A stretch of DNA of 64,000 nucleotides from Eutreptiella sp. 'Long Island Sound 2002' (lineage: Eukaryota; Protista; Euglenida). Location: contig OZ038378.1 of assembly GCA_964036045.1 (NCBI GenBank), positions 4,216,001-4,280,000 on the forward strand. Direction: 5' to 3'. The stretch's first letter is position 1. Every line of letters begins with the position of its first letter. This document shows positions 18,401 to 27,830 of this stretch, piece after piece. The notes below the pieces were generated by a model, which saw only the letters and a list, made by a program, of their open reading frames with translations, was not told the origin of the DNA and made no database searches. Made by a program: the position numbers and the translations under genes.

Positions 18401-21400
18401 TGGTACATGTCATGTGTGCCGTGAAGTACTTCCTCTCTTTTTCCTTTTTTTTTTACATAAGTCGTTCAAGGGGCGGTTCCCCTTCGCAAAAGCATTCCCA
18501 ACACAGTGCCCAAACCCAAACTTGTGAGTGCCCAAACCGAAACCACCAAAAGCAGACGCCGCAGAGCGATGGGAGTAGGCACCCAGGGCAGGATTCGCCG
18601 CAGAGCAACGGGAGTAGGCACTGTGTTGGTTGGTACCCTAAAAGTGACAAATTGTGTGCACAGCCGTCGATGTCTCTCAATTTGCAATGGTGAGGCCTCT
18701 GTGAAAATACATTGCGTTTCCTTTAACAGTTTCCTTTAACAGTTCAAATGCCTCATCGGGTCACTGTCCCTATTGATACCACCACCTCCACGGGTGTGCA
18801 GCAATACGCTTGCCGCGATTGCGATGATTGCCCGGGCAAACACTACGTTTGTGACGGTTGTGGGAAAGTTACAAAGAAGCCAGATCACATGGTTTCACAC
18901 CTGGTTATGTGCCGGCGGAAAAAGGCCCTTGGGGGTGTTGCGCCTGATGCTGAACAAGTAGAGGCCCGCGCTGCCGCCGGTGAGCAGCCCGCAGTACGCA
19001 ATCGCAACTCTCCTCACTTGGGGTCTCAACAGTACTTTGGGTGGGTTGTGAAGGATGAAAATGGGACCATGTCGTCATGGCGTCCGGTGACCAGTCGGTG
19101 CCCAGGGTCACTGTATGAACCCGCGGGTATTCCTTGTTGCACATGGAATCTCCAGGGTACAACAACTTGTACAGTGTTGACAAAGACGGGTCCGCAAGTA
19201 TACAACATCCAACGGTATTTCTGTTCAACTCCCGGACATATGCAGGAGGCTGTTCCTGAAGACGGTGCTAAGCGCCCACAGGCCGATGACGCACGCTTCC
19301 GGGACGAGGTTGTTAGCCGGGATGACGTCTTTCCAACTACCCTAGTGTTCAAGATTGGGAGAACAACAATGACGGGCGACCTGTTGTCCTGGTTTTGGGG
19401 TTCTGCCTGGGGCACATATGCTTCCGTTACTGATTTACGCCGCTTCATGTTCTTCATGTGGCATTCACATTTGGAAAATCATATGTTCAATGTTCATGAT
19501 GCGGCCCTACCAGAGTTGATCACCCGGTCCGAGCTTTTGGAGGACAAAATCCCTGACATTAAAACAATGCGGCGTATGCTCTATGCCATTTGATCCGTAC
19601 GATACAGGGATACCCACATTGTGCACGATTCCGTACTTGATGATGAGGCCGGAATTCTCCATTGGGATTTCACGTATCAGGCTGTGGCTAACATCTTCGT
19701 GCAACATAATGGGAAACTTGTTGAGTTGGCTTACGTTCTGGGCACCCTTTTGGGTTCTCGTGGCCTTGTGTTGGGTAGCATTATAGCCCCCACAGAGAAG
19801 TGGTCCTATATGGAACAGTGTTTGTGCCCTATTTTCCAACGTTTCACCCGCGCGCCTGAACAGCTTTGGGTTGATGATTATCAAAAATGGTCTCAAAAGT
19901 TGTACGCCTTGTTACGACAAGTTTTTGGGCCAGATTGTCCAACGAAGGTTGGCCAAGATTGGCGGCATTTTAAGGAGATCATGATAGCTCCAGCAGACCA
20001 TCGCAGTCAAGATTATCCTAGGTTTAAGAGGAAGGTAGAGGGTTTGCTGCGTCGCATCCGCCTCCCTGATGAGGCTCAAAATGCAATTGCAACTCCAGCC
20101 CAGCTGCGCGCTGCTTTGAAGGATATTTATGATCGTTTTCAACACCCCCTAGGTGGGGCTATTGGCGGTGCCGACCGCCGGGCGGCACTTCGGCCGGCCG
20201 AGTCGGCCGGCTGGACCGCCGGAACCTACCCGGTCTGCAGTTCGGCCGGCCGGACCTCCGCCGGTACCTACCAGGCCGGCGGTCCGGCCGGCCGGCCGGC
20301 CGGCCGAACCGCCGCCCGGCGGTGTCGGCCAAATTTTCGGCCAAAATCCTCCGCGGCGGTCTCGGCCGGCCGGACCGCCGCCCGGCGGTTCGGCCGGCCG
20401 AGTCGGCCGGCCGAACCGCCGCCGAGTTTTTCGGCCGAGGACCGCCGCCGAGCCCCACCGCCGTTTCATTCCGATGAGCTTAAAGTTGAATTGCACCATG
20501 TTTGAGCAAACCTCGACTGTGGCAGCTGGCTACTGCCCTGCAAGTGCAAGTGGTGGTTCACAAAACTGTTGAAAATCGTCAAAAAAAACGGCCATTACCG
20601 CTGAAACCAAGCCATATGGTAGAAAAACAATTTGGGGCACTGTTTGCTATCTTTTTTTTTGCCCAACTAGCGGATGCCAGGAGTTGGGGGCAGGTGGCTT
20701 TGGGGTCTGAACCTGGGACTTCCTTGGCTTTGCTTTGGTTTTTCAAATTTTCCGAACTTGAAGTGTGGTTTGTGCACTGTCACTATTATTGTTGGTAATG
20801 GCAAATCCATGGCTGGGCTTGTGTCCAAGCGTGGGGTCAAGGAAGGGGGCCTCTTTCGCAGTGCCTTTTCGTAGGCAATCCCATCATGTCCAAGCACCAA
20901 CACTTGAAGCATCCTGCAACCTGGCGCAGCATGCTGTGGCGCTCAATTGTTGGGCCTGTTGGTGCGAGTTTTGAAGCATGCCATACATAGCATGCTGCAG
21001 CATGCCACAGCACCCTGTAGTTGCCACACTGTACTTGCTAAGTACAAGCTGGTACGTTGACTGCACAACTGCAGCACCACTTGCACATCAAGGGTGGACT
21101 TGGTGCGCAAGAAATTCAACAATGTATACCAGGGAAAAATGCAAAAGGCCGTGGAATGTTTCAACCCCAAGCTGCTAGTGGGTGGGTCCCTGAACCCACC
21201 CAGAGCTGGCCTACTGCTTGCCTACCTGCTTGCTGTGTTGGTGTATGTCTTACACTTTGTTTGCATATGTATGTGTCATAGCTCTCATCCCTTGCCCCTT
21301 GCCATCTGATTGCCTTGTGTATGCGAAACACAGGGTGTGTGTTGGGGAAGGGCGTGACATGCCGGTGAGTGCAGGGAGAGGCCCACCCTGACCAACACTA

Positions 21401-24048
21401 CATGATGCCCCTGCCAGACCCACCACGACCAAATGATGGCCATTCCCCTATTCCGTTCCGTAGGCTTCGCATTGGTGCAGGCATGCCACAGGGAGAACCT
21501 CCAAGTGGAGTGCCTGCCAGGCCCGACGGCCTTTGTACCGGCGCTGGTCAACTCTGGCCTTCCAATGCACAAATTCGTGTTCGAGGGGTTCCTGCCCACA
21601 AAGAGTCGGAAGAAGGCACTGAAGGCTGTGGCCGAGGAAACCCGGTGTGTGCCCCTGGCCAATGCCCGAGTCCTGGTGCTCAACTGGACATTGCATTTGA
21701 GTGTCCCATTCATAACATTCTTGGCACGGTTGCCTGGAACGGTTGTCTGATGAGCGCTGTTCCCGATGTCAGTCTGCGCTGGTTGTTGGATTGCTGTTCC
21801 TGAAATGTCCATAGGCAGAATGCGCATTCGCCAGTTGTGCTTCAGTGTCTCCACTGTGACCCAGAGTAGATCTCTTCATTTGTGTGTTTGGGCGTACTCA
21901 GGCTACACAACGTTTACGCTCACAACAAACCCCCCTTGCTCTCACACATGCTCGCACAGGGGCATTCCCAAGTGCATCTCTGGGATCCCCCACACGGATT
22001 GGGAGTGGTACATTGTGCTGCCAGTGCCCAATCCACTGCCAACAACACTTTCTGGGCATGTCGGGTTTTCACTTGCGGGGGGGGGGGGGGTCAATAGAGC
22101 CGGGGGGGGGGGGGGGTTCAGGAACAGGGCTCAGTTGACAGGCACCATTTATCAGTTATTAAGAACTCTGGTGCCGAAGGCGCCGAATTTTTTTTGAGCA
22201 AATTGGTCAATTTTTTCCCCACCAAATATATGGCAAATGATGACTTTTCTGAACCCCTCCAAGTGTTGATTCCAAAAATCCCATTTTCATTTTTTGCTGA
22301 TTTTTAGGTTTGTGTCACCTCCGAGGCCCGGGGTCAGTCTCAGTAGGATTCTGGGGGTCTCGTCAATTGAGCCCTTTTTGTGGGGGGGGGGGCGTCCCGC
22401 CGGAGGGCTTCATCGACCCCCCCCCGCAAACGAAAACCCTGCCTCCCCTGTAAGAGTTGCATGGTGGGAGGTCAAATCTGCAGATTTTCTGGCATCATTC
22501 TCCCCTGCGCGTTTTTCATTTGGGCCCCCTGTCTGCATGTCATGCGAAAAGGGCATTTAGTTTAGTGGGGCGCATTTGTACGCATGATCGCCTGCATATG
22601 AAAAATGCTACGCTGCGCCATTTGGCAATGATTTATATCAACAAAAATGGACAAAAAGCAAAACTGTGATGAGAAGGAGGACCAACACGCAGAGCTGTGC
22701 ATGTTTTCTACTGTGTTGAGTACTTGCAGATGGTTGGGATGCGCGTTTCTGGTGCCCCTGTCATTTTGCACAAGTGATCTACCCCTGCGCGCCTCTGCGT
22801 GAGACTTTGTGCACCCTTTTGAATACGAACCCAGGCTGTACAAAAGGACGACGGATGGTATGGGCGCGTTCGTCCAACAATGGCATTCGTGGGCGTGTCC
22901 CCCCCCCCCACATGACACCAGCGTTGGTCGCGATGTGCGCAGTGCTTGTGTGTGCACGAGGCGTTGCAATGTATTTGTGGTGCAGCATGTGGCCTGGGGC
23001 AGTACAACCGGCGAGAGGGCAGAGGGCCAGGTGTAGCAGGACGGAGTCTGACGGTCCCATCGCAAGCCCCCGCAGTGATAGTGCACCACTGCTCTGTGAC
23101 ACAGGCAGTACAGCGTTGTGTGGGGGGAATACCGTGGTGCGTGGGGCATTTGTGGGGGACCCTGAAGGTAACGTGCGGCCTCTGCCTCGGAGGCACCGGC
23201 TGCTCTGGACAGTGTTTGCAGTGCTATCCACCGCCGATGTGGGGTCTGTGACACAGTGCCAAGGGGTTGCTGGTCACCAAGTGCTGCCCATCGGTGGTGC
23301 TCAGCAACACAATTGAAAGCCCAGACAAAGATGGGCCAATTTTATCAAGTTCTCCATGCCGGGCTACCTGCCCAAATCACTGGGAGTATGGCAGATTCCC
23401 CCAACAGACCCCCAACACCCGTCCCACAACAAAGACTAGGCATGTGATGGTGACCGCCCGATGCCTCATGATACTCTACATGACTGTAATTGGACTGGCT
23501 GGCATCGCAGACCAAGCGTTTCACCCCCCCTCCCTCTCCTCCCCGTTGCCAGGACCGTGGTCCTGTATGAGTCCTGCCACCGTCTTGTGCGCACCCTCGC
23601 GGACCTGGTGGCGTGTTGCGGGCCTCAGCGGTCGGCATCCGTTTCCGGGGAACTCACGAAAGTGCACGAGAGAACGGTGCGTGGCCCCCTGTCCGAGCTG
23701 CACCGGCACTTTGCCGCAAACGCGGTCCGTGGCGAGTTTGTGATCGTTGTGCACGGGCACGGTCCTCGTGCGGACCCCAACCGGCGCGCGGCCCGTCCCT
23801 CGTTGTTGAAGGATCTGTTGCGGAAGGCGGCGGTGGAAAGGCTCCCCACTCCTTCCAAAGGCCCCACCCGGACGCCGGAAGCGGGAAAGGTCCGGCCCCG
23901 TCGCCGGGGCCCGGGGGGGCGGCGGGGCGCGCTGCGCCGTGCCATGTCGACCACCCGATGGAAACGGTTGGTGGTGCTGTGTGCCAAACAGATGCGGGGC
24001 ATTCCATCGGGTTCCGGAACGGACTGTGCGGGCGTTTCCAGGGATTAA
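15438..24048 (+). CDS. rsmI: RsmI-family rRNA small-subunit 2'-O-methyltransferase, ~346 aa: exons 15438-15801, 21464-21644, 23553-24048; predicted mitochondrial presequence
   Basis: The spliced product reads LYLVPTPIG..DIT.RA..VL..VDAVLAEDTR...ALVSDAGTPCVSDP-G-FALVQAC...LPGPTAFVPALVNSGLP...FEGFLP...EET-R-TVVLYES.HRL...ELTKVHE...RGEFVIVV. Splices are G|gtgtga..ag|GC (phase 1) and CG|gtgtgt..ag|G (phase 2), and both restore the frame. The start ATG is inferred from tttag-c-ATG; an upstream in-frame ATG also exists at 15390. Confidence 0.9.
17590..20480 (+). mobile_element. Mutator-like (MULE) DNA transposon, internally deleted and non-autonomous, inside rsmI intron 1
   Basis: A perfect 9-bp TSD TAAAGTTGA lies at 17581-17589 and 20481-20489. 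The inverted termini cggaatgaaccggcggt (17597-17613) and accgccgtttcattccg (20457-20473) each sit 7 nt inside the TSD. Subterminal arrays are GC-rich GGCCGGCC repeats, and there is an internal DDE-type ORF. Confidence 0.8.
18748..20170 (+). pseudogene. Transposase pseudogene: N-terminal zinc finger plus D..D..DxxH core, one in-frame TGA (19591-19593), C-terminus (catalytic E) missing
   Basis: ORFs 18748-19593 and 19621-20505 are in the same frame and separated only by one TGA. Motifs are YVCDGCGKVTKKPDHMVSHLVMC (C-x2-C-x12-H-x3-C), HWDFTY (D at 19666), WVDD (D at 19873, 69 aa later) and QDWRH (DxxH at 19957). The frame runs into the GC repeat at ~20170. Confidence 0.7.
23175..23502. repeat. 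Dispersed repeat family; other copies at ~2866-3066 and ~26100-26297
   Basis: The shared block caacacaattgaaagcccagacaaagatgggcca.ttttatcaag...gtaattggactggctggc is in the same orientation in each copy. Confidence 0.85.
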
Positions 24049-24360
24049 CGTGAAGGCTGCACTTGCGGCGGGTTGGGCATCGCCTGCACACCCCCTTCGC
24101 ACTGGGGCTGCCCAGTGGGCAGAGGGGCTACCCTTCAATAAGCAACACCAGGCAGCAAGAGCCTCCCCTAGCGAGTGGTGGGTGCCTTGGGTTGGCGCGG
24201 TGTCAGCTGGAGCTACTGATGGCTGGCACACATTCTGAATCCATCGTTCGGCACAGCAGGTGTGTTCTGGGACATCACCGAGGACTGACCGCGGCGGATT
24301 GTCTGTCACCTCTCGTGTACTCATGGACCGCATTGGGGCGACCACGCATGCGTTTGGCCT

Positions 24361-24854
24361 GACCAGGGATGCGTCCTGCGCTCCTGGTCTGCTGAACCGC
24401 AGCAGCTGCGTTTTGTACTTGATGACCAACACTGTGCAGTTGTACATCCCTTTCGGCCTTGTCTAAGCACGGGGTGGGGTCGCGCATGGAAGGTGAGTGA
24501 CGAGCATACCAGAAAGTGCACGGGGGCCGGGCCCCGCAGTGCGCTCCGTCATCGCGGCTCGTGGAGGCCACGGCGCCGACGATCATGAACAGCTGCTGCT
24601 CTTGTACGACCAGGGATGCGTCCTGCGCTCTTGGTCTGCTGAACCGCAGCAGCTGCGTTTTGTACTTGATGACCAACACTGTGCAGTTGTACATCCCTTT
24701 CGGCCTTGTCTAAGCACGGGGTGGGGTCGCGCATGGAAGGTGAGTGACGAGCATACCAGAAAGTGCACGGGGGCCGGGCCCCGCAGTGCGCTCCGTCATC
24801 GCGGCTCGTGGAGGCCACGGCGCCGACGATCATGAACAGCTGCTGCTCTTGTAC
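24361..24854. repeat. Near-perfect 247-bp tandem duplication
   Basis: 24361-24607 and 24608-24854 differ at about one position (gctcctgg versus gctcttgg). Confidence 0.92.
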
Positions 24855-27584
24855 GGCCGCTGCAGATAAGGTGACAGCAGCGATGTAGACAGTGGGGTGT
24901 AGGGGGGTGGGGTGGATGACAATTATTTAACCACATCGGTAGCGTAGTGTACTGGAAGTGCACGGGGGCCTCGTCCCGGAGAGCGTAGGATCAATGCCCG
25001 GCGTGTAGATCATGGTGCCGACGGGCATGACACAGCTCTTTTGAGGGGGTACTCTTTTTCGTGAGCCTGAGTGGCAACAAGACCCTATCCAACAGGGAGG
25101 TAGGGGCAATGCACGTGATGTGCGCGCACACGAGAGGGCCTTTCTGGACTCATGAGCGCGGCTTCGCCGCTTATGGACAATTTGTGGCCGCGGCTCTGCC
25201 GCGTGTGCTGGACACGAGAACAGTGATTTCCTACTGGTGGGATACCGGGGGTGACGGCCATCGTCGGATTATGGCTAAGCACGGGGTGGGCGTTGAACTG
25301 CCGTTTTGACCCGAATTTTGGGACTACGGCCGTGCTTGCGCACGGGGGAGGGGGGTACCAAAAATTGTGTTCTTTGTTCAGTTGGTGTTGTTTGACGAAG
25401 CTCCAAGGGCCAAGCGAAGAAGTGGGTGGGTGGAAGGTCTTCCAACGCTTCCTGACTGGTTTATTTCTCTCACCTGCCTCCCATGTTTCCGGATTTCAAC
25501 ACATGATGGACTGTTGGAGGCACTGTCCAGCGGGGGAAAGGAGCACCTACAAGCCCTAAGAAACAGTCAGGTTTTTTGAAGCCCAATGGGGTGTTGCCTC
25601 CCACGCCCAATGCATTTCCCCTGCCCAAAAAGATTTGGTCTTTCAGTCGTCCCCGCAACAAGTGTCGTGCCATTTCGAGCCGTCTAGCCCATTCTGTGGC
25701 CGATTTAGTCTCCAAAAATGGCCGTTTTTAGCCTGTTTTCAGGACGATCGCCGTGAAAGTTCAGGACGATCGCCGATGCGTCAAGTGGGTGTCTCCAATG
25801 AGGACCGTTCTTCTTCCATAGCGATTGGGCGATCAAATGATCAACCCGCGTATCAAACAATGTTGCGCAACCCCTTGTCGCTGATGATTGAGGAAATGCC
25901 GGAGGGGCTCCAACATTAGAGGCAACACGGACTTAAAGGCCCTCGTGGTCGCCGGTCCACACATGATACAGTGGGGCTGATTGACATTGATCATATCTTG
26001 GATGCTCAGAGGGGCGAAGCCCCCCTCTGCAAGCACACTCACACCCCTCTTGAAAAGCAAAAGAAGTCTCTGGACTCCAAACACTGCGATTAGAGGCAGT
26101 GTGCAGCCTCTGCCTTGGAGGCACCAGCTGCTCTGGACAGCGTTTGCAGTGCTATCCACCGCCGATGTGCAGTCTGTGACACAGGGCCAAGGGGTTGCTG
26201 GTCACCAAGTGCTGCCCATCGGTGGTGCACAGCAACACAATTGAAAGCCCAGACAAAGATGGGCCAATTTTATCAAGGTCTCCATACTGGGCTACATGGG
26301 TTGGAAACCACACACCCTGCACATGTCACGTCTAACAGCTGGTTGGCTCGATCCAGATCCAAAGGGCTTGTCTGCATCAGATGCAGAACGGCTTCATCTT
26401 GAGAAACCTTCATGTTGAAAAAAAAAAGACCAATACAAAAGTGGATGGTGTGTGAACCATGCTCGTGTTTGCCTCAGGACACACAGTGCGCTTTTCAGGA
26501 CAATTGCAATCCAGTTTGAGCAGTGCAAAAAAGATGTTAAAAGTTGCAAACGTGCAGAAGAAGTTCACAATGCATTTTTTACCAGACAGGTGCAAAAAAA
26601 CAGAATGCGTGTATGCGCATCCAAGGCTTTGACCCCTGGAATTCGGTTTCATGTCAGTGTGCAACGGCACATCGGTTGTCTGTGCTACATCGGTAGGCTA
26701 CATTGCCTTCACTGCCACTAACCACACCTCTCTGCCTCTCGCTGGTTTTGGTGGTGCCATTTTTTGCAATTTGGGTGGTGGCTGCAGGTGCTGGTTGTGC
26801 CAGGGGAGTCAAGTAGCAGGCCATGTAAATCAGAGAAAGGTTTATTTTCAATACCAAATGACTGCCCAGGGTTTATTTTTGGTGTGGCTGCTTTCCATGC
26901 CTCATGGTACTTCGAACTCTGACTGCAACCATCCCACTCAGTCTTCACCCTTGATCAGTCTCGGGGGCAGGGGAGGGTGGGGGCATGGCAACTGTCATTT
27001 CGGTTTTTTTAGTTTTTGGAGCTTCGGTTGGGTTTGAGGGCCTGCTTGTTTTTTTTTTGTTTTTTTTTTCCAAAGATAGTATCTGCTGATTTGATGTCAC
27101 ATCACTCTTTCTAATGGGCTGAATTTTGGACAACTCTTGGCAACATTCCCTTCATATTGTACAAAACGCTTCATGCAAATTTGCACATGCATGTTGATCA
27201 AAGTTTACGAGGTATTTATGTTAATTTCACCCTTCTTTACAACAACATGTGCCCATTGAAAACGATTTCGTTCTCAACCCGGGTCTGTTTAAATAGGGCA
27301 AGAGTAACCCCAACGGAAGCTTCAAATTGTGTTTCAACAAATAAACCCAACCCACAAATGTGCCAAGTTTGCGATATCTTCTTTGAGAGTAGGGGCCTGA
27401 TTAGAAATGGGCCAGCTTGACCATGGGTACCGCCATATTGGGCACCGCGGGAGGGCCTTGCCTGCAGCCTAAAAGGGAGTGTTAGTGCGCACGGCGCGCG
27501 GAGGGCAACTTTTTGGGCTATTTTCGATTCCCAACCCTGTTTTTGGCGTCGGCTAGGTGAGTGGGTGGGCTTTTTGCATGGGCT

Positions 27585-27830
27585 ATGTAGCCATATTAAT
27601 TTCTCCCCACTATGGGGACCCCAAGAAGGTAGGGGTGATGTAGCCATATTGATTTCTCCCCACTATAGGGACCCCGAGAAGGCAAGGGTGATGTAGCCAT
27701 ATTGATTGATGCGGCCATTCCGCCCAGTTTAGGGCCCTCGAGAAGGCAAGGGTTAGGTAGCCACTTCTGATTTTGTCCCCGTGTGGGGACCCTGAGTAGG
27801 CAGGGGTCATGTAGCCATTCCGCCCACATG
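27585..27830. repeat. ~53-bp minisatellite (atgtagccatattgatttctccccact...ggggtg); relatives at ~4600-4770, ~29215-29335, ~35110-35230 and 58947-59222
   Basis: Units start at 27585, 27638 and 27691; copies elsewhere are degenerate. Confidence 0.8.

Larger units (their letters stand above)
17189..20660. repeat. Older member of the same TIR-element family acting as host for the MULE (17189-17589 plus 20490-~20660)
   Basis: The left end actaagctagtggaaccagt resembles accgagctggtggaaccagt and is followed by gcagcaag runs. Joining 17589 to 20490 restores collinear similarity to the interior of the B element (aaattttg.tg..tg.ta.c.atg.gt...tgagcaa...ctc.ac.gtgg). Confidence 0.55.

Noticed and set aside
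19591-19593. In-frame TGA in the transposase as programmed readthrough or selenocysteine
   Set aside because: The ORF is also truncated before the catalytic E, so a simple nonsense mutation (probably TGG->TGA) in a dead copy is more parsimonious.
25367-27420. Host genes in the short ORFs here, and at 3053-3708, 12740-13630, 14690-15343 and 22562-23316
   Set aside because: They are fragmentary, have frequent stops, overlap dispersed repeats and show no recognisable motif. They are probably decayed TE sequence.
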